DNA of 40,691 nt from Octopus bimaculoides (GCF_001194135.2 NC_068997.1:48155628-48196318); one strand, 5' to 3'; positions 11,008 through 24,445 are shown, counted from the stretch's first letter. Numbers and translations are program-made. The notes: generated by a model not told the origin, from the sequence alone.

Positions 11008-11265
11008 ATCATAATGATAATAATAATAGCNNNNNNNNNNNNNNNNNNNNNNNNNNNNNNNNNNNNNNNNNNNNNNNNNNNNNNNNNNNNNNNNNNNNNN
11101 NNNNNNNNNNNNNNNNNNNNNNNNNNNNNNNNNNNNNNNNNNNNNNNNNNNNNNNNNNNNNNNNNNNNNNNNNNNNNNNNNNNNNNNNNNNNNNNNNNNN
11201 NNNNNNNNNNNNNNNNNNNNNNNNNNNNNNNNNNNNNNNNNNNNNNNNNNNNNNNNNNNNNNNNN

Positions 11266-11327
<62 letters not shown>

Positions 11328-12000
11328 CCCGCGCGTGGGTGGGTGTGTACGTGTTTGTGTGAAACGTAGCGCAGGCGGTCGGCAAAGGAACATAAGGAAA
11401 ACGGGAAAAAGTGCACACAATAGACTTGAACACGTTGAAACCCTCATCAGTTATCTAACAAAAATCATTACAATTTCGACGCCTTACACACACACACACA
11501 CACACATACATATATACAAACACACACATACATGTATATACATATATAAATGCATATTCATACATGTATACATACACATAAACACTTACACACACTCTCT
11601 CTGTCTCTTCCTTTCTGTCTATCTCCCTCTCTATCTCTCTCCTTCTCTCTATCTCCCTCTCTCTCTCTGTCTCTCTCTCACCTACATACATATATATATA
11701 TTAAATGTCTAGATCAAATTCTATGGATGGCCGACTTTTAGACTTCGTCCACTCGGAAGCCAACGGAATAAGCACCAGACAAGAACCGGGGTCACTCTAA
11801 GCGAATGTTTCCGAACCTCTCCAACGAGTTTAAAGGGGGGGGGGTCGTGTTATGTCTGTATAAACAATAATTATCAGCTTCCTTTATTTATAATCTCGAA
11901 CTGAACTTGGAAAGACATTTTTAAAAAAAATATTTAACTGTTTTGCATTTGTTTTGTTAGTTTAGTTGTTTGGTATTATTAGTGGTTAGCGTTGTGATTA

Positions 12001-12134
12001 GTACTTAGTACTTGTGATTAGTAGTTGTAGTAGTAGTAGTAGTAGTGGTGGTGGTGGTGCTGCTGCTCCTGGTGGTGGTTTTGGTGATATGGTTGGTGGT
12101 GGTGATAGTAGTAGTAGTTGTGGTGGTGGTTTTG

Positions 12135-12165
<31 letters not shown>

Positions 12166-12745
12166 NNNNNNNNNNNNNNNNNNNNNNNNNNNNNNNNNNN
12201 NNNNNNNNNNNNNNNNNNNNNNNNNNNNNNNNNNNNNNNNNNNNNNNNNNNNNNNNNNNNNNNNNNNNNNNNNNNNNNNNNNNNNNNNNNNNNNNNNNNN
12301 NNNNNNNNNNNNNNNNNNNNNNNNNNNNNNNNNNNNNNNNNNNNNNNNNNNNNNNNNNNNNNNNNNNNNNNNNNNNNNNNNNNNNNNNNNNNNNNNNNNN
12401 NNNNNNNNNNNNNNNNNNNNNNNNNNNNNNNNNNNNNNNNNNNNNNNNNNNNNNNNNNNNNNNNNNNNNNNNNNNNNNNNNNNNNNNNNNNNNNNNNNNN
12501 NNNNNNNNNNNNNNNNNNNNNNNNNNNNNNNNNNNNNNNNNNNNNNNNNNNNNNNNNNNNNNNNNNNNNNNNNNNNNNNNNNNNNNNNNNNNNNNNNNNN
12601 NNNNNNNNNNNNNNNNNNNNNNNNNNNNNNNNNNNNNNNNNNGGTGGTGGTGGTCGTCGTCGTTGTGGTTTTGATAGTAGTAGTAGTAGTAGTAGTAGTA
12701 TAGTGGTGATGGTGGTGGTGGTGGTCGTCGTCGTCGTGGTTTTGA

Positions 12746-12784
<39 letters not shown>

Positions 12785-12954
12785 CAGTAGTAGTATAGTG
12801 GTGATGGCGGTGGTGGTGGTCGTCGTCGTGGTTTTGATAGTAGTAGTAGTAGTAGCAGTAGTAGTATAGTGGTGATGGTGGTGGTGGTGGTCGTCGTCGT
12901 TGTCGTTGTCGTGGTTTTGATAGTAGTAGTAGTAGTAGTAGTTGTTGTTGTTGT

Positions 12955-12995
<41 letters not shown>

Positions 12996-13035
12996 ATGGT
13001 GGTGGTGGTGGTGAGTACTGTTGTAGTAGTAGGTG
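12001..13035. repeat. (GGT)/(AGT)/(CGT) compound microsatellite with a higher-order unit; contains a gap
   Basis: The unit GGTGGTCGTCGTCG(T)GGTTTTGAT(AGT)n ATAGTGGTGAT repeats about 4 times over 12643-12950. Confidence 0.9.
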
Positions 13036-13788
13036 TGGAAGAGGACTAGACACGTTGGCGCAGTACGGGGCGATGGTGTGAGGAACGGACAGAAGCAATA
13101 CGATTATTTTCAATTAGAAACACATTCGTTGATAATTTCGGTCGCCATCGTTCAGCCTTTGTTTTGGAGATATCGATCGATGTCGATAATAACGTACGCA
13201 TAGGGTCCGAGATAAACGGTGCCTAATATTTAGAAATCATACCAAAGCAGTAATGGTCACCGAACTAAATAGGCAGACATCATCTTAAGAGATTTTTCGT
13301 TTATGTAGAAATAAGCGTTTTGCGCTACCAATATGGTGGCGCATTATGTAAATCGCTCACATCAAACTGTAATCAAATATAAATATATAAATACACGCAG
13401 GCATACGGACGCGCGCGCACATACGCATACACACAATCGCACGCGTGCGTGCACACACACACGCACACACTTAGGCACAGAAACACACATACGCACTTAA
13501 TGACATACAAATCTAAAACGAAGGGAGACTTGAATATAAAACCAGGCTTCGTAGGGAATGCACAATATGTGTGTGACAGCGTGCCTCTCTGTGCGTGCGT
13601 GTGTGTGTGTGTGTGTGTATGTGTGTGTGCGTCTGTATGTGCGTCTGTGTGTGTTAGTACCGACGTTGCGTATACACAGACACACATAAATATACACGTT
13701 AGTGTATATATGCGTGTGTGTATATTTATTTATGCATATATTTGTATATCTATATATTTCATATATTGTATACGTGTATACAATGGTG

Positions 13789-13835
<47 letters not shown>

Positions 13836-14099
13836 TATAGATCTGTGTGTGTGTGTGTGTATGTGTGTGTGTGTTTATGTATACGTACATACGGACATAC
13901 ATACATATGTATGTCGGGCATGGCGCCGTTGCAGATAAATGTAGTTTATAGCAGCGCAATAAACTGATTTTAACTAAATGACGGTATGCGAAAAAATATC
14001 AAAAGATGTCAGAATAGTTGAACAGACAATATGAGTTTTGTTACTAGTTTAGGTTTTAATGTTTAGCTGTACTGACACATGACGTAACAAAGACAGGGT

Positions 14100-14208
<109 letters not shown>

Positions 14209-14436
14209 TGAGAGAGAGTGTGAATAACTTTGGAGTATAGAATTGGGAGGTTACTGCTAGATAGAAGGGTGGATGTAAATCTGTCTGCCTATCTATCTAT
14301 ACATACATAAATACATACATACATACATACATACATACATACAAACATACATACATACATACAGATACTCGTGCATATATATGCACACATATGTATGTGT
14401 TAATGGGTAGATACGTAAAAAGGAATATATGCACAT

Positions 14437-14479
<43 letters not shown>

Positions 14480-14504
14480 ACATACATATATGTACATATG
14501 CATG

Positions 14505-14984
14505 TCATTATTCAGTTTATTTCAAGATTTCTTGCCAATAGAGAAAGAACCAGTTTCTAACCAAGATCCAAGGCTCCATTATTGAAATTTCAACATCAAC
14601 AACAGGGTATTTTTGTATGTGTGTATGTATGTATGTATGTATGTATGCATGTATGTATGTATGTGCAGATTTGTATGTTTTATGTATGTCTTCTCATGCA
14701 AATACTTGCATATCTAGTCATGCTCATATACATTGATAAACTTCTGGAAAGTCTTACAGATTTTTACAGTTCCAGTGATGGATTGGATCTATAGTCTTCG
14801 AATTAGCTTTCTCCTTGTTTTGAGAAGCCTAATTTCTCAAGATTTGTATTTAGGCAGTGTGTTACATATTCCAGGGCACCAATAATTACAGGTAGAAACC
14901 TGAACTTGTAATCTGGATAGAGTAACTGCAGATTTCTCAATAGTTCAGCATAGGTGTTCTCTTTTTCACTGATCTTGTGTCAGT
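14505..14984 (-). mobile_element. 3' end of an RLE-clade non-LTR retrotransposon (R4/Dong- or NeSL-like), pseudogenised
   Basis: From 14979: HKISEKENTYAELLRNLQLLYPDYKFRFLPVIIGALEYVTHCLNTNLEKLGFSK / frameshift / RRKLIRRL*IQSITGTVKICKTFQKF. Shows the EK..Y..L and P.IIGAL motifs of the RLE C-terminus. A putative 3'UTR with an internal (CATA)n runs to ~14505. Confidence 0.75.
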
Positions 14985-15007
14985 ATGTATGTATGTATGT
15001 ATGTACG

Positions 15008-15054
<47 letters not shown>

Positions 15055-15189
15055 AAGAAGAAAGAGAGAAAGAGAAAAAGAGAGAAAAAGAGAGAAAGAG
15101 ATATATATAGACAGCGACATAGAGAATTAAGTTAACTACGAAATAACTGGTCTGAAGCTTGCCGCTGGGTAAATTATTAGTGTTGATTT

Positions 15190-15232
15190 GTGATAATCGG
15201 TTTCGGTTTTTAGAAATCCCTCATGAGATGTG
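15190..15232 (-). ncRNA. Degenerate hammerhead relic
   Basis: CTCATGA-GG-GATTTCTAAAAA-CC-GAAA-CCGA-TT. G5 is mutated and the CCGG-type palindrome is broken. Confidence 0.35.
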
Positions 15233-15324
15233 GCTGAATTAGAAAGAATTATTAATTTTTTAGAATTGTTTGAATTGCTAGAATTATGGGAAAAACGACA
15301 TTTTAGTACTTCTTTTAGCTCTTT

Positions 15325-15405
15325 AGGTTCTGATATCATATCCCACCTTAACTCAATTTCCCCCTTCATCCGTCCGGGGTCAATAAAATATAACAGCAGC
15401 CAAAT
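15325..15405 (+). mobile_element. SINE family B, internal fragment
   Basis: CCTTCATCCGTCCGGGGTCAATAAAATA resembles the B central domain. Confidence 0.55.
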
Positions 15406-15910
15406 ACAAGCTTCGAAATAATCCGAGAGTGCACGCCGCTGGAAAAATACTGCCATTGAGTCTACATTCGAACGAATCATTACTTTAATACCTGTGATCA
15501 ATATGAGATTGTTACTATTTACTTGTATATAAATTCAGTTTATGTCACCAGCCTTAATTGTTCGAAATTTTATTCACTAATCTACTCTTCGCAAATGAAC
15601 CTCGATTGCTTTCCAATCAATCAATTTCCAAGAATAGAAATGTGTGCGGTTTATGGTTCCTAATCGGAAGATAATTTGCTGTATTTTACAGTGAGTGCTC
15701 AATAATAGAATGGTCTGAGAAAGAAAGGGTTAATTCGAACGTTTTATATCAATTCTTATTTGTTGGTGAATATAAGATATAATGTATTATATTTGCTAGT
15801 GGTTTATGTTATTAGTTGCTGCAAAGAGAAGCCTTAAGTCGCGTTCATTACCGCTGAAATTACTGGTTAGAGAAGAAGTGATTCATGTGCTTCATTTTCA
15901 TTGATCACAA

Positions 15911-16125
15911 AGACGATAAGCTGGCAGAATCGTTAGCACGTCGGGCAAAACGCTTGATGGCATTTCGCCTGTCTTTATGATCTGTGTTCAAATTCCACCG
16001 TGTCCGACTTTACCTTTCACCTTTTCGGGTACAATAAAATAACTACCAGTTGAGCACTGGAGTCGATGTAATCGACTATTCTCCTCACTCGAAATTGCTG
16101 AATTGTACCGAAATTTGAAACCAAT
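15911..16125 (+). mobile_element. SINE family B, full length
   Basis: AGCTGGCAGAATCGTTAGCACG..GTTCAAATTCC..GTCGATGTAATCGACT..AAATTTGAAACCAAT. Confidence 0.9.
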
Positions 16126-16404
16126 GTACCTTGAAGACAACTTAACTCTTGCTATTTTCAGGTAACCCCAGAAAGATAATGCTATCGCAAACTTAATTAT
16201 TTTTCTTTTCGTTCTTTTTATTGTCAGTCACTGCTAACAAGGTCGTAAGGGACCAGTATCATGTCAGCCCTCAAGCAACGATGTAGTATTTTGAGAGCTA
16301 AAAAAGAAACGGAAAGAAAAATATATTTGTAATTTTTAATGAGAAATTTCCCCAAGAATCATAAAACGGTCAATGCAAGATGTAAAAGAAGTAAGGTCAT
16401 AAAA

Positions 16405-16565
16405 GCAGAAATGACCATGTGGTTTAGAAGTTCATTTGCAACCACGTCGTTTTCAGTTGTCCCATTACGTGGCACTTCGGTCAAGAGCTTTTTAGTATAA
16501 CTCTGGGCTGACCAATGCTTTGTGAATGGATGTATTAGATAGTAACTGTATGATAGAAACGCGTG
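16405..16565 (+). mobile_element. SINE family A, degraded 5' part
   Basis: CCCATTACGTGGCACTTCGGTCAAG..GGGCTGACCAATGCTTTGTGAATGGAT aligns to the family A head and body. Confidence 0.7.
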
Positions 16566-16566
16566 T

Positions 16567-16609
<43 letters not shown>

Positions 16610-16693
16610 GAAATATACAGAAGAACAAAGACGAAGACAGGTGTATAAGAAACAAACAGCTGTATTACTTTAGCGCTAGGGAAGGTGAGAAAG

Positions 16694-16733
16694 TTTTTTT
16701 ACGTTTCGAACCTACGCTCTTCAACAGAAAGGA
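16694..16733 (-). ncRNA. Minimal hammerhead variant (GAAGAGC..GCTCGAAACGT family)
   Basis: TTT-CTGTTGA-A-GAGC-GTAG-GTTC-GAAA-CG-TA^AAA. 4-bp stem II and ACGT palindrome; A6 is replaced by U. Confidence 0.55.
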
Positions 16734-17442
16734 ACACGAGTAAATAAACACAGAGAGAATAAAAAAGANNNNNNNNNNNNNNNNNNNNNNNNNNNNNNNN
16801 NNNNNNNNNNNNNNNNNNNNNNNNNNNNNNNNNNNNNNNNNNNNNNNNNNNNNNNNNNNNNNNNNNNNNNNNNNNNNNNNNNNNNNNNNNNNNNNNNNNN
16901 NNNNNNNNNNNNNNNNNNNNNNNNNNNNNNNNNNNNNNNNNNNNNNNNNNNNNNNNNNNNNNNNNNNNNNNNNNNNNNNNNNNNNNNNNNNNNNNNNNNN
17001 NNNNNNNNNNNNNNNNNNNNNNNNNNNNNNNNNNNNNNNNNNNNNNNNNNNNNNNNNNNNNNNNNNNNNNNNNNNNNNNNNNNNNNNNNNNNNNNNNNNN
17101 NNNNNNNNNNNNNNNNNNNNNNNNNNNNNNNNNNNNNNNNNNNNNNNNNNNNNNNNNNNNNNNNNNNNNNNNNNNNNNNNNNNNNNNNNNNNNNNNNNNN
17201 NNNNNNNNNNNNNNNNNNNNNNNNNNNNNNNNNNNNNNNNNNNNNNNNNNNNNNNNNNNNNNNNNNNNNNNNNNNNNNNNNNNNNNNNNNNNNNNNNNNN
17301 NNNNNNNNNNNNNNNNNNNNNNNNNNNNNNNNNNNNNNNNNNNNNNNNNNNNNNNNNNNNNNNNNNNNNNNNNNNNNNNNNNNNNNNNNNNNNNNNNNNN
17401 NNNNNNNNNNNNNNNNNNNNNNNNNNNNNNNNNNNNNNNNNN

Positions 17443-17498
<56 letters not shown>

Positions 17499-17577
17499 AG
17501 TGTGCGTATGTATATATGGAACACCAGTCTGCAGGATTTAGCTAAACAAATCAGCCCACGATTTATTTTTCTAACAA

Positions 17578-17882
17578 TGTGGCATTTATTCCATCCGTCT
17601 CTTTCGTCGAATATCTAAGTTATTGCGACGAAAGGAAACCAACACAGGTTGTGAAGCGGTGGGCAGACAAATCTAATCTCAAATACATACACACATACAC
17701 ATATATATATAATAGACTTCTACGCAGTTTCCGTTCACCAAATTCTCCATCAATTTTCATTGTGCCGGCCGGCGCTATAGTAGAACAGTAGCAGACACTT
17801 GCCCAGGGCACCGCCCGCAGTGGAGCCGAACCAGAAACCACACTTTTGCAAAACTAGCTCCTTAACCACATTGCCATATCCA
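17578..17882 (-). mobile_element. SINE family A, diverged
   Basis: GACACTTGCCCAGGG..CAGTGGAGCCGAACC..TTAACCAC is the reverse of the head; the 3' body lies at 17578-17690. Confidence 0.75.
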
Positions 17883-18258
17883 TTTCCATGGTATACGTAT
17901 AAGTGCGGACTTATATTATATCAAAACCAGACACTATATGTATGTACATTCACGCATACAGAAACGCAAGCACGTAGGTATTCTGCATATGTGTGACTGG
18001 GTGTGGCGGGCTTCTGGTTTATGTATATGTCAATATTTACGCATCCATAGCTTTGTACAACAACCACAAGAGTTTTACTACGGTAACCTCTTTGAGTAAC
18101 ATTCTATGATGTCCGTACCAACCGAACTGATCCATTAATCTTCATTAGGTCAGAGCTATCACTTGTAAGGTTTCATGCGTTAACAGCTCTAGATAACGGC
18201 ATGACTTCTAATTAGCGACCAGTATTAGGAGAGAACGTACATGTGTCGGTGTGTGTGT

Positions 18259-18314
<56 letters not shown>

Positions 18315-18665
18315 TACATATACACACAAACATGTGTCTTTATATATGTGTATATGTATACATATATAAGCATATTACGTATATATATATATATGCGTAT
18401 ATATACATATATATATGTATGTATGTGTGTGTGTGTGTGTGTGTAAACATACACAGACATACATAGACATTAGATATATAGAGTATTATATATATATGTG
18501 TGTGTGTATGTGTGTATGTTTAAGCATATATGTATAAATGTATATGTATGTCTATATATATAACGTCTTCCACTTCTATTGTAGACCATAATATATCAAC
18601 GCACACACGCACACACATACGTACACACACAGATAAACTATATATATATCTATATTTATATATAT

Positions 18666-18766
<101 letters not shown>

Positions 18767-18818
18767 CATACATATATATATATATACATGCATACATACA
18801 CACACATACGCACACATA

Positions 18819-18862
<44 letters not shown>

Positions 18863-19199
18863 ACACATATATACATGCAAGAACCATTTGCTATTAGTTA
18901 AAAACAACGCTTTTCCTTGCTGCTGCGTTGTAAAGTAATTCATGTCGAAAGACCTAAAGTTTACGCGAGACAAGCTATTAGGCTAGATTGTTGTTGTTGC
19001 TGTTGTTGATGTTACGTTCTTGTTGTTGTTTAGGCACAGGTCAACACTAATAGGTCAGATTTATAACGCAAGATACTCCATCCGTGACCAGCCTGGTAGT
19101 TTAAGAGATTCAAGAACGACTTTACACAATGCGCCTCTTCCGTATGAAACACTGGTGTAAAGGATGGGTCTTCAGTTATCAAAATGGATCTCCCATTAG

Positions 19200-19550
19200 C
19201 CATCCAATTTGCGTTTGTATTTACATATATGTACGTATTGCATACTCATGCGTTGCCGGTTTGTGAACTCCGTCCCCTGGTTACGTACGTGCAATACGTA
19301 GCAGATTTTGGGTTTGTACTAACAAGTTGGCCAAAATTTCTATGAAAAAGATTTATTCCGTGTACGATTACAAGATGAGCGAAAATGAAGTCATAGGAAG
19401 GCAGCGTGTTAAAAAATACTGTTATTTTTTAAAGGAAATAATGTGATATCTAATTTCAATGCAATAAAATGTTTGTTAAGTTAATTAATATTATTAAATA
19501 ATAAATCGCTTATTACCTGAGATTATATGAATTTGCACACAATAATGTAA
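19200..19550. mobile_element. Possible Tc1/mariner-type terminal fragment
   Basis: Ends ..TTATTACCTGAGATTATATGAATTTGCACACAATAATGTA. Recognised only from recall of a similar repeat end. Confidence 0.3.
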
Positions 19551-19619
19551 ACTATATAAGGAAACACACACACAGACACACAGACGCACGCATACACACA
19601 CACACACACATACACACAC

Positions 19620-19812
19620 ATGTGTATGTCGTTCTGTTTGTCTTTGTCCTCCACTACTGTTTGACAGCCGGTGTTGGCGTGTTCACGTCACCGTAACTTT
19701 CGGTTCGACCAAATTAATCGATAGAATAAGCACCAGGCTTAACAAGAATTCTTCCTGGCAGTGCTGCAGCATGGCCGCAGTATAATGATTGAAACCAGTA
19801 AAAGACAAACGA
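19620..19812 (+). mobile_element. SINE family A, 3' half
   Basis: GATAGAATAAGCACCAGGCTT..GTGCTGCAGCATGGCCGCAGT..TGAAACCAGTAAAAG. Confidence 0.8.
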
Positions 19813-19849
19813 TAATCGCATTACAGTTGTATCTCAATTGTATTACAAT

Positions 19850-20600
19850 AATCATTGAAAATATACTCCAGTTAAACCATACACTTTAACAATATACACC
19901 ATAGTTTAACTTTATACACACTTCAGTTATACCATATACAAATTCTAATTAAACAATATACGCCTTAACATAGATTGTACATACTTTTAGTTCAAATAAA
20001 TCTGTGGCATCCGCCTACATTATCTTAAAATTATAACATAGGCTATCTACAAACTTTAGTTAGGTTGCATACACTTTAGACAGTATTCAACTGTATACAG
20101 TCAAATCAAATAAACGAACAATGAAATTAACAATAACTATAACGTGCAGAAGGAATGCATTAGTTTGTCGCTCAGTAAAAAGAGAAAGTGTTCAACGTTT
20201 CGTGCATAGCTCTTCGTCGGAAAAAAAAGGAGAAACGTCCAAAGAAGGAAGACTAATCACCAACAGCACGTGTGTAGTTACATTGTATATAGGCTAGTTA
20301 GACTATATACACCTTACTTATACATAGATTTGTTAGACTGTTTACATCTTAGGCTGTATACACATTTTAGTCAAACTAGTATTCAGCTTGGATCGTTTTC
20401 TACGCACTTTAGTAGTTGACTTTATACTCTTATATTATAATTTAGTTAGTTTGTTTCACTACAGATGAACTTTAAGCACACTTTAGTTAAAATGTATACA
20501 CCATAGTTAGACGGTAGATATGAAAGTTAAATTGTATTATAGGCAAAACTTAGAACACGTCTTTGGCATTCACCTGTAGCTAGAGACAATACAGTTTAGC
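19850..20600. repeat. Degenerate minisatellite built on TATACAC/TTTAGTT motifs
   Basis: Recurrent TATACAC..TTAGTT; interrupted at ~20120-20270 by the hammerhead-bearing segment. Confidence 0.6.
20190..20224 (-). ncRNA. Minimal hammerhead variant (same family as 16694-16733)
   Basis: TTT-CCGACGA-A-GAGC-TAT-GCAC-GAAA-CG-TT^GAA. U4 is replaced by C. Confidence 0.5.
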
Positions 20601-20666
20601 ACAAATGGTCAGTCGGAAATCCAGTCGTGACCTTTCCAGCGTCCAACTCAGCATATTGTATTTATT

Positions 20667-20698
<32 letters not shown>

Positions 20699-22076
20699 NN
20701 NNNNNNNNNNNNNNNNNNNNNNNNNNNNNNNNNNNNNNNNNNNNNNNNNNNNNNNNNNNNNNNNNNNNNNNNNNNNNNNNNNNNNNNNNNNNNNNNNNNN
20801 NNNNNNNNNNNNNNNNNNNNNNNNNNNNNNNNNNNNNNNNNNNNNNNNNNNNNNNNNNNNNNNNNNNNNNNNNNNNNNNNNNNNNNNNNNNNNNNNNNNN
20901 NNNNNNNNNNNNNNNNNNNNNNNNNNNNNNNNNNNNNNNNNNNNNNNNNNNNNNNNNNNNNNNNNNNNNNNNNNNNNNNNNNNNNNNNNNNNNNNNNNNN
21001 NNNNNNNNNNNNNNNNNNNNNNNNNNNNNNNNNNNNNNNNNNNNNNNNNNNNNNNNNNNNNNNNNNNNNNNNNNNNNNNNNNNNNNNNNNNNNNNNNNNN
21101 NNNNNNNNNNNNNNNNNNNNNNNNNNNNNNNNNNNNNNNNNNNNNNNNNNNNNNNNNNNNNNNNNNNNNNNNNNNNNNNNNNNNNNNNNNNNNNNNNNNN
21201 NNNNNNNNNNNNNNNNNNNNNNNNNNNNNNNNNNNNNNNNNNNNNNNNNNNNNNNNNNNNNNNNNNNNNNNNNNNNNNNNNNNNNNNNNNNNNNNNNNNN
21301 NNNNNNNNNNNNNNNNNNNNNNNNNNNNNNNNNNNNNNNNNNNNNNNNNNNNNNNNNNNNNNNNNNNNNNNNNNNNNNNNNNNNNNNNNNNNNNNNNNNN
21401 NNNNNNNNNNNNNNNNNNNNNNNNNNNNNNNNNNNNNNNNNNNNNNNNNNNNNNNNNNNNNNNNNNNNNNNNNNNNNNNNNNNNNNNNNNNNNNNNNNNN
21501 NNNNNNNNNNNNNNNNNNNNNNNNNNNNNNNNNNNNNNNNNNNNNNNNNNNNNNNNNNNNNNNNNNNNNNNNNNNNNNNNNNNNNNNNNNNNNNNNNNNN
21601 NNNNNNNNNNNNNNNNNNNNNNNNNNNNNNNNNNNNNNNNNNNNNNNNNNNNNNNNNNNNNNNNNNNNNNNNNNNNTATATATATATATACATATATACA
21701 TATATATATATATGTCTGTATGTATGTATGTATGTATGTATGTATGTATATGATGCCATTTAGGAAATAAGACAAAAGCGAATGTTTACGATATATGCAG
21801 GTTTTAAATGGCTGTAGTAACTCTTCCATGCTACAATTGTTTCAATTTCTATTCATGATCACATATCCTATCCTATACCTTGCCGAACATATACGACTCC
21901 GATATATATGCATGTGTGTGTGTTTGTGTGTATACATACATACATACATACATACATACATACATACATGCATACATACATGTATATACATACATATATA
22001 TACATATATATATACATATGCGTATGTATGTATATATACATATAAATATCTTGCGAGAGAGACATATGTATATATG

Positions 22077-22138
<62 letters not shown>

Positions 22139-22369
22139 AGTATACATATATACATAGCAAAAGGTGTGTGAGTGTGTGTGTGCGCACGTAAATATACACA
22201 CATGTACCTAAAGACAGACACACACACAAACATGAGGTTTGCTCCGAAATACAAAATTAAATGTAACATTTTTTTTTTTTAAGTGACATATATCATTGAA
22301 ATTGGACATTAGCAAAGTAAGTGTTCCTCTATAGTAACTGGTCTTGTTCTTTCTCATTTCAGGAAAATA

Positions 22370-22475
22370 ATGGGTTCCGGTCAGAAGCAACATGCTGTCA
22401 TTGAGTTCTTGATGGAAGTGGTGAACTGGTTGTCCGCCACACAGAAACGACTGCAAATTTTTGTCACATCGGGCT
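22370..22475 (+). mobile_element. Mariner transposase N-terminal fragment
   Basis: MGSGQKQHAVIEFLMEVVNWLSATQKRLQ resembles the mariner N-terminal Q.Q(R)AVIEFL...I..RL motif. Confidence 0.5.
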
Positions 22476-22538
22476 TTGCTAGGAAAATATTTAAAGAATG
22501 GAAGACACTATGACAGTGAAGGCGCCCTCCTAGTATTC

Positions 22539-22708
22539 AGTGCAATGGTTCTCATTTGCGGCTCCCATGGCCATATGCGGCCCTCAAGCATATTTCTGAT
22601 AGCCCCTAACGGTCTTCCGTCAACAAAGATATTAATTTTCTTTAATTGATTGATGTTTTACTTTTTTCAATGCGGCCCCATAACAAAATTTAGGTTTGGG
22701 ACCTGGCC
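22539..22708. mobile_element. Possible degraded hAT-type MITE
   Basis: Starts CAATGGTTCTCA, has internal GCGGCCC motifs, ends GGTTTGGGACCTGG. No clear TSD. Confidence 0.35.
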
Positions 22709-23242
22709 CAGATATTAAAATGGTTCAGATATTAAAATGGTTGCAGTCACGGTCTTAAGTTTATGTTTTCAGTTCCCAGACCGGGCTGTGCATTATGTTC
22801 ATTAATGAGACACTCCATTTGACGTTTCTCGAGTCCACACAGCCGTAAATAAATACCAGTAATAGATGCGAAATTGATCTTGTGACAGGCAGACAGACTG
22901 ACATCCAGTTTAGTGGGGTGTGAGGGAAATACTGTGATCTCGGTCACTTATATGGCATGGAAACTGAGTAAACGAACTTCTGATGCCTGATTAGAATCTA
23001 GAAGAGATACATGTCATGAAATGATGACGAAATAGCTCAGACATAAATTCATTCGACAACTGATAAAAGAATCAAAAAGATATCACTATGAAATAGATAC
23101 AATACTTCAGATGTACTGAGAAAAAAATTAAAGCAAAAGATTGAGAAGAGAATGGTATCGCTTGACGATACAAATCTGAATTCGCTTACAAAAAGAGAAA
23201 TATTAAATGCGAACAAGAAGACGGTAAGATGCCAGATTTATT

Positions 23243-23840
23243 AGTACGCCGGTCATTTCGTCTTAACAGTATTTCGTCCGTCTTTACGTTCAGAGTTTAA
23301 ATTCCGCCGAGGTCGACTTTGCCTTTCATCTTTTTCGGGAATCGATAAAATAAGTACCAGTTGAACACTGGGGTCGATGTAATTTGGCTGCTATTTCTAA
23401 CTGGTGGAACAACCGCGTAGAGGCTCTCTGGCTGGTTTGTTACTCAAGAGATTCTGTCACAGCATTTCGTCCGTCTTTACGTTCAGAGTTCAAATTTCGC
23501 CGTGGTCGGATTTGCTTTTCCTCCTTTCGAATCGATAAAATAAGTACCAGTTGATCAAAGGGGTTGATAAAATCGACTTACTCACTGCACCCCACTGAAA
23601 TTACTGGACTTGAAACCATTTTCTGCGAAGCATTTTATACGAACAGGAAGGTGGTGAGCTGGCTCAATTGTTAGCACGTCGAGCAAAATGCTTAGCGGCT
23701 TCTTTACGTTCTGTGTTCAAATTTCACCGAGGATAACTTTGCCTTTCATCTTGTCCGAGTCGATAAAATAAGTACCAGTTGATCACTGAGGTCGATTAAA
23801 TCGACTTACCGCTGGCCCTGTGCCAACATTTGAAACCAGT
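23243..23840 (+). mobile_element. Tandem array of three SINE-B copies (23243-23460 with alternative tail; 23461-23618 5'-truncated; 23648-23840 full)
   Basis: The blocks ATTTCGTCCGTCTTTACGTTC and GATAAAATAAGTACCAGTTGA each recur in the array. Confidence 0.88.
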
Positions 23841-24254
23841 GTACGCGAACAAGAATTATACCAAATATTAAAAATATTGGGATTTTTGAGAGGAAATGTT
23901 TTCACAGTTTCTGTTCTTAGATTTAAAAATAATTTTCGTTATGAAAACTTATGTATTCTGTTTGCAAATACATACAATATTCAAGTGCCAAATGTCACTT
24001 ATTTTAACTACAATAAAAGTTAATTTATGGAGATGGCAAGCATTAAGTATATTATCCAGGGTATTTACTAAAAAGAAATCTTTCAAATTCATTATTTCGA
24101 AACATTTTTTCTACAGACATACACATATGTATGCACATATGTGTGTGTGTGTATGTTTGTGTGTGTGCATATGTGTAAGTGTGTCTGTGTGTCTGTGTTT
24201 ATGCATGTATGTGTGCGTGGGTGTGTGTGTTTGTGTAAACATATATATATATAT

Positions 24255-24445
24255 TTTTTTATTCGCTTGCTTGTTTCAGTGATTTGACTGCGGCCATGCT
24301 GGAGCACCACCTTAAGATTTATACTTTATAAACCTAGTACTTATTCTATCGGTCGTTTTTGCTAACTGCTGAGTTACAGGAACTCAAACACACCAACACC
24401 TGTTGTCAAGCGATGGTTGGGAGACAAACACAGATACGAATACAC
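24255..24445 (-). mobile_element. SINE family A, 3' half
   Basis: GACTGCGGCCATGCTGGAGCACC..CTAGTACTTATTCTATCGG..TTGTCAAGCGATG. Confidence 0.85.

Noticed and set aside
13128-13160. Minus-strand CTGAACGA-T-GG-CGA-CC-GAAA
   Set aside because: Extra base in the core and no stem I pairing.
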